Shown: positions 10,901 to 20,173 of the stretch, in pieces
Layout: each line of letters opens with the position of its first letter
How positions within the stretch are numbered: the stretch's first letter is position 1
Virus record (IMG/VR): IMGVR_UViG_3300045747_000527
Location: 96,001 to 160,000 of that record
Length of the DNA: 64,000 bases
Strand: one strand, 5' to 3'
DNA from: a virus
Notes under the pieces: model-generated
Database searches by the model: none
What the model was told of the DNA's origin: nothing
What the model saw: the letters and a program-made list of their open reading frames with translations, nothing else
Translations under genes and position numbers: made by a program

Positions 10901-12093
10901 CCGGTTGCTCCCGTAACCCCCGCTCCGGTACCTCCTGCCGTACCAAGATCTCCTGTCCGCGAATGGCAGAGGGTCACTGGAGCATTGTTCGCGAACGGAG
11001 ACGCAGCCGAACTCCCGATATTGGCCACGGTAATGTTCTTGTATCCCGTGGGGCTGGCAACCGCCGAAACTGTAAAGAGCAACCAGTTAGCCTGGTTGTT
11101 CGTCTGCACCAAACGGATGTGCCCCTTGACCGTACTCGTAGAGTCAGCCAACGTCGCAAGCACCGCGGCCCATGACACCGCGCTTAGATCAGTGTTTGAT
11201 GCCCGAATGACAGTTGAAGCGTTCTCTGTGGCATTGCTCAAACGCAGGAACCCAGCGCCAGGATCTGCGTCAGTCGTGGTTGTAGAAAATGTGTAACTAA
11301 TGGTGACGGCGCCGCCGAATGGACCGGTAACCCCCGATGGCCCCGTAGCCCCTACGCCGGTACTGCCCGTCGTCCCTGCCCCAGTCGCCCCTGCAGTGCC
11401 TGACACCCCTACAGCGCCACTCGGCCCCGTGGCACCTGATACGCCAGATGAACCTGTGGCTCCGCTGACACCAGCCGTACCAGCAGATCCAGACGGACCA
11501 GTCGCACCCGATACGCCAGAACCCGTAGCACCTGTTGCCCCAGCTGCTCCTCCCAAACCAGAAGGCCCCGTAGCTCCTGAAACGCCAATACCCGTCGCGC
11601 CTGCCGTACCCAGACCTCCCGATGGCCCAGTTGCGCCAGATACGCCCGAAACACCAACGCCAGGTGCCCCCGTAGCGCCGCTCAAGCCAGTCGCGCCAGC
11701 CGACCCGCTCGGGCCAGTAGCCCCCGATACTCCAGCCCCTGGTACACCAGTAGCGCCACTCAGTCCAGACGCGCCAGCTAAACCACTGGGACCGGTCGCA
11801 CCAGATACCCCAGCCCCCGTCGCACCGGTAGCACCTATGCCTGCGGGACCGCTTGGCCCGGTAGCGCCTGTCGTTCCAGCACCAGCGGCACCAGTAGCTC
11901 CCATCGACCCACTCGTTCCAGCAGACCCGCTGGGTCCTGTCGCACCCGTAGTTCCGGCACCGGAAGATCCAGGTGACCCCGACGGCCCAGTAGGACCCGT
12001 AGGCCCCGTAGGACCTGGGTACCCTGGCAAAGAAACACGCATCCCCACCGCTTTAGGAATACCTACAGGGACTACTTTAATCGTTTTGCCCAT
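7903..12093 (-). CDS. Collagen-like (Gly-X-Y; GAT/GVS/GPS) fibre protein, 1396 aa
   Basis: Long runs with Gly at every third residue, interrupted by globular inserts. Confidence 0.85.
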   Translation of the reverse strand: MGKTIKVVPVGIPKAVGMRVSLPGYPGPTGPTGPTGPSGSPGSSGAGTTGATGPSGSAGTSGSMGATGAAGAGTTGATGPSGPAGIGATGATGAGVSGATGPSGLAGASGLSGATGVPGAGVSGATGPSGSAGATGLSGATGAPGVGVSGVSGATGPSGGLGTAGATGIGVSGATGPSGLGGAAGATGATGSGVSGATGPSGSAGTAGVSGATGSSGVSGATGPSGAVGVSGTAGATGAGTTGSTGVGATGPSGVTGPFGGAVTISYTFSTTTTDADPGAGFLRLSNATENASTVIRASNTDLSAVSWAAVLATLADSTSTVKGHIRLVQTNNQANWLLFTVSAVASPTGYKNITVANIGSSAASPFANNAPVTLCHSRTGDLGTAGGTGAGVTGATGPSGSAGGAGVTGATGAGVTGASGATGPSGSVGATGAGVTGATGFVGATGPGGGVSGATGPSGVVGATGVSGATGAGVSGATGPSGLAGSAGVSGATGPSGTAGTAGVSGATGPSGGAGTVGVTGATGPSGGGGAQGVSGATGTSGATGAVGGFGGGVTINYTFSTTTTDADPGAGFLRLSSATENASTVIRASNTDLSSTSWAAVLATLADSSSTVKGHIRLVQTNNLANWLLFTVASVASPAGYKNITVTNVGSSASSPFTNNAGVTLCYERTGDLGTTGPTGIGSVGATGPSGTAGTAGVSGATGVGVSGATGPSGSAGTGGVSGATGPSGTAGTAGVTGATGAGTVGVSGATGATGPSGSAGTAGVSGATGVGVTGATGPSGSAGSAGVSGATGPSGSAGTGGVSGATGPTGAAGSPGTNIWFQDAASSISTYFQLVPTPASSTENNDTATVNSGTGQVLIEAYATNVGYPGITALPAGLWVFNFWRYVDSAVGASTIVFRVYTRTVGGVETEVFNVTSPTIADLAVAFSSLTYTTTSATSMLATDRIVVKVFAQTTSGANRIVHFIHDGNTHASYFLSPVGAGAAGATGPSGVSGATGIGTTGVSGATGPSGTAGTNGVSGATGVGTTGVSGVSGATGPSGITGATGAGVTGATGFVGATGPGGGASGQTGATGATGPAGNAGATGAGVSGVSGATGPSGTAGAAGVSGATGVGTTGVSGVTGATGAGVSGVTGATGPSGTAGAAGVSGATGVGVSGVSGATGPSGTAGAGTTGVSGVTGATGPSGTAGAAGATGAGTNGVSGATGPSGSAGAAGTTGATGAGVSGATGPSGAAGSAGVSGATGAGVSGVSGATGPSGVSGATGAGVTGATGSAGTTGATGPATSTETGSTYTPSSGSQTVALDCTGHNIHLVTGHASGTAITFTVTGATNNQCFIVQILQGAVVSTIAGWFATVRWAGGSAPTLTATVSKRDTFGFIRTGTNTYDGFIVGQNA
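10064..11316 (-). repeat. Two copies of a ~120-aa globular insert inside the collagen gene (about 10064-10440 and 10940-11316)
   Basis: Both read [71 protein letters not shown]...RTGDLGT. Confidence 0.9.
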
Positions 12094-12691
12094 CAGAACT
12101 CCATACGCGCGTATCCAGTGGGGCCTCTATGCACGAGTTATCCTCGCAAACGTCATTACTTGGTCTCGCCGTAGCCATGGACACACTCGTGTCCTCAACA
12201 CCAAGCTGGTACTCATGGTCACTGACTGGGAACTCTATGTGCCACGGCTCGATCAAGTAGGGATGGGCACCGTACTGATCCATGTTGGCCACCAGCCAAC
12301 GGTACAGCGGCGTTGATCTCTGCTGGGCAATTGTGGCTGACCGTGGCTCCAAACCACCGCACCCTAGATCTACTGCTAGACCAGTCTCATGCGGAGAATC
12401 GAAGGCCAAGTACAGCCGCCCTTTGGCCACCGAACCGTACTGACTAATCAGCCGCTGCTCGTACTGCTGCCTAGAAGTCCATCTATGTGGTCGCCAACCT
12501 GATGCTGCTGCACCCACGTACCCAAACGCGTCCAGGATAGCGTCAGAAAGTCTGCCGAACTTCTTGGCCGCGACTACATGCATTCTCTGCTGTGGATACC
12601 CAACCGCCGTTGGCACGGGCACGAGTAGACCCGATGCTCTGGGCAAAGACCCAAACGCAGCAACAGTAACTCGACTTTCGGTGTAGCTCAT
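12077..12691 (-). CDS. M15-family Zn peptidase (VanY-like), probable endolysin
   Basis: [10 protein letters not shown] (SxHxxGxAxD) and EPWH (ExxH); adjacent to a holin-like gene. Confidence 0.8.
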   Translation of the reverse strand: MSYTESRVTVAAFGSLPRASGLLVPVPTAVGYPQQRMHVVAAKKFGRLSDAILDAFGYVGAAASGWRPHRWTSRQQYEQRLISQYGSVAKGRLYLAFDSPHETGLAVDLGCGGLEPRSATIAQQRSTPLYRWLVANMDQYGAHPYLIEPWHIEFPVSDHEYQLGVEDTSVSMATARPSNDVCEDNSCIEAPLDTRVWSSDGQND

Positions 12692-12768
12692 GCGACCTCT
12701 CACACCTTAGTATAGCCAAAGCCGTCTACCCCAGGAAGGGTCAGCCACCTGGGGTTTGATCAACGACC

Positions 12769-13029
12769 TTACACCTTTGGCACAGGTGGTATCTGCACTG
12801 CGGGACCAGGCACATCCTGGCCGGGCAAAATCGCGGAACCTGCCCGCGGCATGACTGGCGCTAGACCAGCCACAAGACGGGGGTTTGTCAAAACTGCTAG
12901 GCCGCCACCGAGCAATGCCACGACAAGGGCCCGCCAGTCGAACGGCACTGCTAGTGCTGTGGGCGCTACGATCAATCCTAGCGCCAAGATGCCCTGAATT
13001 GTCTGCCTGATCATACGTGGGTCTCTCAT
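12769..13029 (-). CDS. Holin-like protein, two TM segments
   Basis: ILALGLIVAPTALAV and ALVVALLGGGLAVL hydrophobic segments; directly upstream of the endolysin. Confidence 0.65.
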   Translation of the reverse strand: MRDPRMIRQTIQGILALGLIVAPTALAVPFDWRALVVALLGGGLAVLTNPRLVAGLAPVMPRAGSAILPGQDVPGPAVQIPPVPKV

Positions 13030-13081
13030 GACATTCTCCTTCTTTTACTAACCGATGCTCAGTCCTTGGTGGTGTTCGCTG

Positions 13082-16000
13082 CTATCCGTTTGAACGCTGG
13101 TAAATGACCATCGTTGCGCTCTGGTAAGATCCCGTCCCAGCATTTATTGCGCACGATCCTGACGTGGCAGACGCCATGACGAGGGACACTGTGTAAGTTG
13201 CAGGCGTTGAAAGGTAGTAGGCCGTGATACCGCCCGAGATGGGGCCGTTGGTTCCTGGCACTCGCATCTGAGCGTAGCCTCCGCTGACGCCCGCGTGTCC
13301 ACCTCCTACGTATAACATGAGCACGCAGTCATTCCCCGACACGCTCCCAACACCTGATACGGATGCCGTGATGAAGATGTCGCCAAGACTAAGGTCGATG
13401 TTCGCAACGCTGATAATTGCCGTGAATCCGCTGCCAGCAGAGACGGAATAGTTGTTTATGAGATCGGCTTTGTAGGCATACTTGGTGCGAACTTCTGCTA
13501 TTGAGACTGCTCCAATCTCATTAGACGTCACCGAGGCGCATCCCGTTGCCTGGCCGTTAACGAAGGTGGGCTTGGTGCAAGTGTTGCTTAAACCGTTTGG
13601 CGCAAGGGGGGTGTACCCAAGTGGCGTTGTTATGTCGGTGCTCACAAGTGCATGGGTGGCATAGACGAGGCCGTTTTGAACATCAACTCCGTGCGCATTC
13701 GATGCGGTGAATGTGCTGGTCCCCGTGGCGGTGCTAGTGTTGACACTGACCCACTTTTTGACACCGCTCGTCCCGTCGGTGCTTAGGACCTGGCCAGCAA
13801 CGCCGTTGTCAGAAGGCAGCCGGAAGTCCATAGAAGACGCGGAAAACGTGTAGATGTCACCCGGCTGAACGGCTCCGTATAGCTTGCCTGCGGATGATGT
13901 CATTGCAGCCCAAGCGCGGTTGGTTGTGATCATTGCCGGGACGAATCCACCGACGCCGCCTCTTTGGATGTAAATGCCTCCCGTTGACCCAGCAATTTCT
14001 GCGTACACATCATTACCTATTGCTGCCATTGCCGCCCAGCTACCGGAGGTTCCAGCCAATATATTGAAAGCACCTGTTCCATTTGCCTGTACGTAGATAG
14101 ATCCAGTCGTCATGTTGGTAGCGTACACGCCGCTTGGCGAGGCCGTCATAACTCCCCAGCCTCCAGTCGCCTGACTGAGAGCTACGAAGTTCCCGGTTCC
14201 GCCTGTCTGCATGTAGATGTCGGGGCCTGTTCCAGACGCCGACGCATACACGTTGTTTCCGAATGCTGCCATGCCTCGCCAAACCCGCGAGGTCTGGCCG
14301 AGCGCCACGAAATTTCCGGTCCCGTTGGTCTGCATGTAGATGTCGCCGTTGGCGACTGTCGCATAGACGTTATTGCCCAAGGTGGTCATCGCAGTCCAAC
14401 CACGCGAGGTCTGCCCGAGAGCTACGAAATTTCCCGTCCCGCCAGTCTGCATGTAGATATCGCCGGGACCAACAGCCGCGTAAACATTGGTCCCGAGAGT
14501 GGTCATTGCTGCCCAGTTGCGCGAGGTCTGGCCCAGCCCCGTTGCAGCAAACCCCGGAAGCAAAGTCGTCTGCGTAGTTCCCAGCCCGCCCGTCATCCCC
14601 ACGCTCGGCATAGCCGGGCCGCTCGTCGCGTTGTCGGTGATGGTCGAGTCAACAAGCGTACTGGCGCCCTTCTTCGGCACCACACCCGTGGTCAGGGATG
14701 CAGAAGGATCAGCCGCGATGTCTGCCCACGTCCCCTGCCCACCTCCACTTGGGTAGACGATGGTCTGGCCTGCGCCGGGCGCTGTCGATGGGTCGAGCAG
14801 CGAGTAACTTGCGGTTGTGGCGGCGACGCCGCGTGTGACGGTGCCGGAGGTGGCGCCGTTGAGCTTGAGAGAACCCCCATATGCACCCGTCGTCCCGACT
14901 TCTAGACCGCCTCCAATAGATAGAACACTGCTTCCCAATGACATATCCGTGTGCATGCCCGTGTACATGCCGGAGTGGTACGTCTTAAAGTCAAGCGCGG
15001 TGTTGGCCCCTCCCGCCGTCCTTGCTTCAATCCTAACAGCATCATTTGTGTAGAATGGATTGTTGTTCAGCCCGAACTGAATACGCGACGTTTCTGATAA
15101 ACCCGATAACTCCCCCGACGATTCAATCAGCATAACTTTCGACCCAAGTCCACCTATGTGTATTGATGCCTGTGGGGAAGGGGTATCAACCCCAATTCCA
15201 GAACCTCCGGCGTACACCTGCGAATCCCCCCACCCTCCCGCCGTCTTCTTGGGCATGTAGTTGGTGGTTCCGGTAATGGTTCCGCTTCCCGCCACCGCCC
15301 CCGTAATGCGCGAATCATCCCCCGCCGCAACAGTCCCCGCCGTAGTCCCGACGGGCAGCCAGCCCACGTCCACCCTATGATCGGTCTTGGCCTGGACGAT
15401 TGCGCTCGCCGTGGGCGTGGCGGTGATGTTCGACGCTGAGACGGCGCCAGACATCGAGACACTGTTGTCGGGATTGAGCACGAGTTGGTTTGAGTTAGCG
15501 CCCGACGATGAGTAGGTGTACAGAGTCATCTTTGACGGGACAAACGTGGCCCCAGATGTCCCGGACTGATCCACTTCAATGCCTGCGCCACCGCCCCATC
15601 CGTTCGAAGAATTGACGCCTTGAAATAGCATCAACCCTAAGATCTCTCCGTTCCCGGTCGCGGACATGCCACCAAGTGTTCCGCTGTGGGAATGCCTGAA
15701 CCGAAATTGCGGATACTGGAAAGACGTGCTGCTGTAGGTTTCTAGTGCTACGTATTGATTGCCAAGATATTGGCGAGAGAGCGTGGCCCCGGATTCCAAC
15801 AGCGATGACGGCCCCAGCGTGGAGTTGGTCAGCCATACCGGGATGTACCCGGTGAGTCCTGTGATGCTTCCAATTGGCGCATAGGTCCCGCTCAAGTCCG
15901 GCACGACCGCCACGTTGATCTTGCCGTCGGTTCCAGTCACCGGGACAATGCCCGTGCCGGTCCCAGTGCTGCCGATGTCGGTCGTCGATACCGTAACTGT

Positions 16001-16210
16001 CCCGTCCGCCGTGAGCACCTTCGTCGCATTCGGGAACACAATGGTGGTGTCCCGCTGCTGCGACTGAAGTAGCTTGTGGTCGTTAGCGCAGGTCACGGCA
16101 GGAACACTGACGCGCGGGCAATCAGCGGCCATCGCGAGCGGGCCGACGATGACGCCGGCAAGCGCGAAGGCAATCAGAATGTGGGTGGCTATGGTTCTCA
16201 TTGTTCTCAT
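13082..16210 (-). CDS. Fibre-like protein with N-terminal signal-peptide-like segment and beta-propeller repeats
   Basis: MRTMRTIATHILIAFALAGVIVGPLAMA; fibre-type Gly/Ser/Thr segments; 39-aa repeats. Confidence 0.75.
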   Translation of the reverse strand: MRTMRTIATHILIAFALAGVIVGPLAMAADCPRVSVPAVTCANDHKLLQSQQRDTTIVFPNATKVLTADGTVTVSTTDIGSTGTGTGIVPVTGTDGKINVAVVPDLSGTYAPIGSITGLTGYIPVWLTNSTLGPSSLLESGATLSRQYLGNQYVALETYSSTSFQYPQFRFRHSHSGTLGGMSATGNGEILGLMLFQGVNSSNGWGGGAGIEVDQSGTSGATFVPSKMTLYTYSSSGANSNQLVLNPDNSVSMSGAVSASNITATPTASAIVQAKTDHRVDVGWLPVGTTAGTVAAGDDSRITGAVAGSGTITGTTNYMPKKTAGGWGDSQVYAGGSGIGVDTPSPQASIHIGGLGSKVMLIESSGELSGLSETSRIQFGLNNNPFYTNDAVRIEARTAGGANTALDFKTYHSGMYTGMHTDMSLGSSVLSIGGGLEVGTTGAYGGSLKLNGATSGTVTRGVAATTASYSLLDPSTAPGAGQTIVYPSGGGQGTWADIAADPSASLTTGVVPKKGASTLVDSTITDNATSGPAMPSVGMTGGLGTTQTTLLPGFAATGLGQTSRNWAAMTTLGTNVYAAVGPGDIYMQTGGTGNFVALGQTSRGWTAMTTLGNNVYATVANGDIYMQTNGTGNFVALGQTSRVWRGMAAFGNNVYASASGTGPDIYMQTGGTGNFVALSQATGGWGVMTASPSGVYATNMTTGSIYVQANGTGAFNILAGTSGSWAAMAAIGNDVYAEIAGSTGGIYIQRGGVGGFVPAMITTNRAWAAMTSSAGKLYGAVQPGDIYTFSASSMDFRLPSDNGVAGQVLSTDGTSGVKKWVSVNTSTATGTSTFTASNAHGVDVQNGLVYATHALVSTDITTPLGYTPLAPNGLSNTCTKPTFVNGQATGCASVTSNEIGAVSIAEVRTKYAYKADLINNYSVSAGSGFTAIISVANIDLSLGDIFITASVSGVGSVSGNDCVLMLYVGGGHAGVSGGYAQMRVPGTNGPISGGITAYYLSTPATYTVSLVMASATSGSCAINAGTGSYQSATMVIYQRSNG
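13850..14540 (-). repeat. About six tandem 39-aa (117-bp) repeats, beta-propeller-like
   Basis: GQTSR.W.AMTTLG.NVYA.V..GDIYMQT.GTGNFVAL; cgcgaggtctg recurs at 117-bp spacing. Confidence 0.85.
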
Positions 16211-16236
16211 TGTTCTTCAGTCCTCGGTGGTGATTG

Positions 16237-17301
16237 CTAGATACCCATCGTTGCGCGCATGTCGGCAAGCCAGTCCGTGATCTCCCCGATGCTAGTATCG
16301 TGCGCCGGGTCCGGGCCGCTGGTGTCGTCTGTCTTGCAGTACAGCCGCGCCGTGCTGTCGCAGGCTGCGATATTTTGCTGCAAACCTGTCATCCAATCGT
16401 TGTAGCGGACCCAGTCCACACCGGGAAAGGTGGCGTCTGTCAACCCGTTGCAAATCATGGTTCGACGATTGGGAACGCTCGCACACAGTTGGAAAATGTT
16501 CCCATAGTCTCCCGATATTCCGTGCCGATAAAGGGGCTGCGCTCGATACTGCTCCCAATCGGTAGCCCCGATCCATTCATTGGAACTTGGAGGGTTTGGT
16601 CGCACGTAGCGGGGTAGCTGACCCTGAAATGGAGCCACGTGCAGATAGCGGGCGTCAATGATCCCAAGCTGAGCGCAGGTAAGACCGCCGCCCGAGTGAC
16701 CAGACAGGACAAACCGCATCGTGGAATAGTCCGCGTGCATCTGATTAACGCCTCGAATGATGTGGTCAAAGAACATTCGCATGGAGCAGGGGCCGCCGTC
16801 GGCGTCAAGGGCGCTGAAATTGTGATTGTTGGGAAGCGCGAACGTGGTCAGGACGGAGTTGACCACTACCTGCTGCGTCGCTGGCTGCTGTCCAGAGCCT
16901 GGCATATCATAGACAAGAACGTCGCAGCCAGCAGCCAAGGCCACGCGGATAGGAGACGACCCGTCCGTTGCTAGGTGAGTGACGGACCACCCGTCCCCCA
17001 CCGATTCGTGGCCAGTCAGATACACGCTGCACACGTTGACCGGAGTCGCATTGGGGCGCATGTGCCACCCGTAGAGCGGAGTTCCCCCAGTGCGGCCACC
17101 TGGGTCCGACACAGTGAATAGCCGCATACTCGCCGCCTCGGCTGGCAAAGCAATTGCCCCACTGTACGCCGCTACCGAGCTTGGCATCGTAGCCGGAAGT
17201 CCCGACGGGTAAATGTATGTCGAGAATTGCGCCCGCAACGCGGCCCACCCTGCTGGTGTTGATGGGTAGCCGCGCTGCCATTGAGAGACGATGGGTAGCA
17301 T
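16237..17301 (-). CDS. Alpha/beta-hydrolase (esterase-like)
   Basis: Nucleophile elbow GHSGG, DVLVYDMPGSG strand, C-terminal D and H candidates. Confidence 0.75.
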   Translation of the reverse strand: MLPIVSQWQRGYPSTPAGWAALRAQFSTYIYPSGLPATMPSSVAAYSGAIALPAEAASMRLFTVSDPGGRTGGTPLYGWHMRPNATPVNVCSVYLTGHESVGDGWSVTHLATDGSSPIRVALAAGCDVLVYDMPGSGQQPATQQVVVNSVLTTFALPNNHNFSALDADGGPCSMRMFFDHIIRGVNQMHADYSTMRFVLSGHSGGGLTCAQLGIIDARYLHVAPFQGQLPRYVRPNPPSSNEWIGATDWEQYRAQPLYRHGISGDYGNIFQLCASVPNRRTMICNGLTDATFPGVDWVRYNDWMTGLQQNIAACDSTARLYCKTDDTSGPDPAHDTSIGEITDWLADMRATMGI

Positions 17302-18668
17302 TAGAACCGCTTTACCGCCCAGAATAAGTCATCAATTGTCATAACAACAGGCGCCGAGATCACTATCATTGGGTCTAGCTGGTACCCCCCGACTCCAGCT
17401 GAGTCGGTAAACGGTCCAATCCACGCGCCGAAGTCTAGCGACGCGCGCCAAGTCCCATTGCCCAAGAATTCCACCGCGAACCAGTGGTAGTCAGTATCGC
17501 GTGCGCCTAGCTCATGCAAATCCCCGCTAACGGGATTCCCTCCTGTGGGATTGAAGCCGCCTCCGAATGCGTAAAATTTATTAGGGTCTGCTGCTCCAGC
17601 ATTCCAGATCCCGATGCTAACCGATGACTGAACCCACGAAACCAAGCGACCAGCCGCAGAAAACTTGATCCGCTCTACCCACAGGATTCGGTCGTTTGGT
17701 GCCCACTGCGAAGGGCCTTTGATTCCACTCGTAATCCAATAGTTGAGCGCATCCGCTCCTGTCATTTTGACCGCCGACACAGACGTCGTGTCCTGCATCG
17801 GCCCGTTAAGGCCGCTGGAAATTTGCCCATAGTTAGGGTAATGCCCAGAAGTGGGCCACCCCGCGATAGGTGGATTGGCGTCAAACCCCACAGTGAAGCT
17901 CTTCGCGTCGAATGGATCGTAAAAAATGTCATAGTTTGCAGGCGTCCCGCCCAAGTCCTGGCAGGCCATCGCGGTCAGTTGATCCTTGAGCGACATAGGC
18001 GCCGACGACGTGATCAGATTGCCGACCTTGGCCGAATAGACAGCGCCGACGCTGGTGTCAACGTAGGGGCACCCGAGAAATACGGAAATTGCCAGCGGAC
18101 TCGGCACCGTCGATGTTGCCCTGCCAGCCGTAGCGCTCAGGTAGCATGGAACATTGAGTGTCGGCGCTGCGACGAAATTGAGCTTGGCCGAGTTGCCTGA
18201 TAGCGGGTTAACTGCCGCACCGTCGTATACGCCAAGTGGGCCAGCGCAGTTCGTTGCCGAGTCTGAAGCGGCAGGCGCCCACACCCCGGCAGACACGCGA
18301 CGGACCACGTCGCCAGCAACGGCTGCGCCCACGCTGGTCAACGTCTCATCGTAGACGAAGCGCGAACGGTCAAGAGCGGTCATCGCCCCCGGCGCGTTGG
18401 GGGTGGCGGGCCTGTACTCGCTCGCCTTGTGGAGCCCGTCAGCGTCTAGCGATGACACTCCATTGGCGGCTCCCCTATGCGAGGCAGGAATTGCAGTTGT
18501 GTCTACTTCATACGGAAGAGACGACCATGGTGTAGTCCCATCGCCCGCCTTGGACGTGGCCGTGTCTATTTCCAGGCCCAGCTCCCCCGCCAGCAGCACG
18601 GGATTCGCTGCGGTCCAATTCGCAGCCGTATCTCGGCGCAGTTGTACTTTCGCTATTTTCGTCGCCAT
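17301..18668 (-). CDS. Tail fibre/adhesin with Mtd/hyaluronidase-type N-terminal domain
   Basis: VQLRRDTAANWTAANPVLLAGELGLEIDT...KAGDGTTPWSSLPY signature. Confidence 0.85.
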   Translation of the reverse strand: MATKIAKVQLRRDTAANWTAANPVLLAGELGLEIDTATSKAGDGTTPWSSLPYEVDTTAIPASHRGAANGVSSLDADGLHKASEYRPATPNAPGAMTALDRSRFVYDETLTSVGAAVAGDVVRRVSAGVWAPAASDSATNCAGPLGVYDGAAVNPLSGNSAKLNFVAAPTLNVPCYLSATAGRATSTVPSPLAISVFLGCPYVDTSVGAVYSAKVGNLITSSAPMSLKDQLTAMACQDLGGTPANYDIFYDPFDAKSFTVGFDANPPIAGWPTSGHYPNYGQISSGLNGPMQDTTSVSAVKMTGADALNYWITSGIKGPSQWAPNDRILWVERIKFSAAGRLVSWVQSSVSIGIWNAGAADPNKFYAFGGGFNPTGGNPVSGDLHELGARDTDYHWFAVEFLGNGTWRASLDFGAWIGPFTDSAGVGGYQLDPMIVISAPVVMTIDDLFWAVKRF

Positions 18669-18727
18669 CTACGAATGTCCTCCGTCAAGTAAAGAACCTG
18701 AGCTACACGTGACCGCATAAATTTCTC

Positions 18728-20161
18728 CTAGGGAACGACTGTATAGGATTGGTAACTTCTGAGGTGCCATCGTCCTTCGGCCAAATTCAGCCAGAAGCAC
18801 AACTCAGTAGGGCCATCGAATTCCATGACCGCGGCGACTCCCGCAGCAGCCGGAAGGGCCAGGGGCAGGTATGGAGAGCCGGCGGGCGGCGTGGACCCGT
18901 CGCGCACGATGACGGGATTCGCTGGCGTAGCGTTGTTGATGTAGACCCAGGCTTCCTTGCGATCTGCCACGGGCGTCCCGTCTTGCCATAGCTTGCTGAT
19001 GCCGTTGAAGTCGCCCGTGGCCGTCCAGTTGATGTGGTCCGTGTGCCCGTGCTCCGCAACTATGAGCCACAGCCATCCCGCGCCCATGCTGGTAGAGCAG
19101 TTTGGTCGGACGTAGCCGCTCCCGCCGAACACGAGGTCGAGCCGAAGCGACGTCGGGTCCACAGTAGGGACAATCGACCCGTCACTCGACTGCACGGCGT
19201 CCCGCAGGTACCACCGTGGAGAGTCGCTCTCGGTCATAACCTTGCCATCGTCGGCGGGAGCCACAACGGTTCCGCCTGCCGGGACCAGCAACGGGGTGTT
19301 AATGCTACTCGGGTGATCTGTGCCGACGGCCACGAGTAGAACAGCGCCGGTTGACGATGTCGCAGTCAGTACTACACTAATGACGTCGAAGATACCGAAG
19401 AGGCCGCCAGCCGATTCTGCGACTGCAACGTCGGCTCTAAACAACGTCCACGTAGACGACGTCACGGTCGCCACGGCCACGTTCATCGCCAAAGGGACCA
19501 CGGTACCACCTGTATCTTTACGCCCGAGGTCCGCCGTGATCGTCGCCGTGCCGCTCGTGACCCTCGCCCAGATGCGCATTCGCCACGTTCGCGCACGCCA
19601 CACGACAACGCCAGGGTCTCCGACGTGACTGTCGAAGGTTGCAATCGGCGAACTGACGCTGGAGCCGGGGACGACGTAGAGGCTCGTGGTGACGACCTCG
19701 TCGGGGCGCCATCCGTCGGGGTTGCGCTCAAGAGATGTAGGCTTGGCGGGTGGATCAAAGAACAGCGTCTCGACCTTGGTCTGGTTGGCGCCTCCGTCGG
19801 ACCCTACGTGAACAACAGGACCGGAGTTAGCGCTCTCGCACACAACAACAAAAAACATACGGTCAGACATTGGCCCGGTTCGCGCCCGCACGGGCACAGC
19901 GAACGCGTACAACACCCATGAATTAGTCAGGATGACAGGCACGACCTCTGAAGGCGGCGCCGCGTCTGTCCCTGTATCGTAGACATTGTCGCCCTGCTGC
20001 TGTCCAGCGTTCTGAGCGCGGTACAACCGGGGCCACATTAGGCATGCCTCTGCCCCGTCCTTTTTTGCGTACACGTAAACTGGCACAGTTCCAGCCGGCC
20101 ATGTTGCAAGGCTCGACGCCTCGGGCGGTCCCTCGAACACGAATGTGGTTTGTGCGGCCAT
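18728..20161 (-). CDS. Putative fibre/receptor-binding structural protein
   Basis: 477 aa, beta-rich; shares a module with 20174-22117 and the collagen protein. Confidence 0.6.
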   Translation of the reverse strand: MAAQTTFVFEGPPEASSLATWPAGTVPVYVYAKKDGAEACLMWPRLYRAQNAGQQQGDNVYDTGTDAAPPSEVVPVILTNSWVLYAFAVPVRARTGPMSDRMFFVVVCESANSGPVVHVGSDGGANQTKVETLFFDPPAKPTSLERNPDGWRPDEVVTTSLYVVPGSSVSSPIATFDSHVGDPGVVVWRARTWRMRIWARVTSGTATITADLGRKDTGGTVVPLAMNVAVATVTSSTWTLFRADVAVAESAGGLFGIFDVISVVLTATSSTGAVLLVAVGTDHPSSINTPLLVPAGGTVVAPADDGKVMTESDSPRWYLRDAVQSSDGSIVPTVDPTSLRLDLVFGGSGYVRPNCSTSMGAGWLWLIVAEHGHTDHINWTATGDFNGISKLWQDGTPVADRKEAWVYINNATPANPVIVRDGSTPPAGSPYLPLALPAAAGVAAVMEFDGPTELCFWLNLAEGRWHLRSYQSYTVVP

Positions 20162-20173
20162 TAGGTGCGTGCC

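Noticed and set aside
8210-12316. Long Pro/Val/Ala-rich plus-strand ORFs (8210-9166, 9629-10090, 10598-11296, 11300-12316)
   Set aside because: Antisense shadows of the Gly-X-Y codons of the collagen gene; no RBS or independent features
7903-14540. Repetitive DNA as a possible CRISPR array or satellite
   Set aside because: Repeats are in-frame, degenerate at third positions and lack constant repeat/unique spacer structure
17301-18668. Diversity-generating retroelement suggested by the Mtd-type N-terminus
   Set aside because: No reverse transcriptase in the window and no TR/VR pair differing at adenines was noticed; only the N-terminal anchor domain matches
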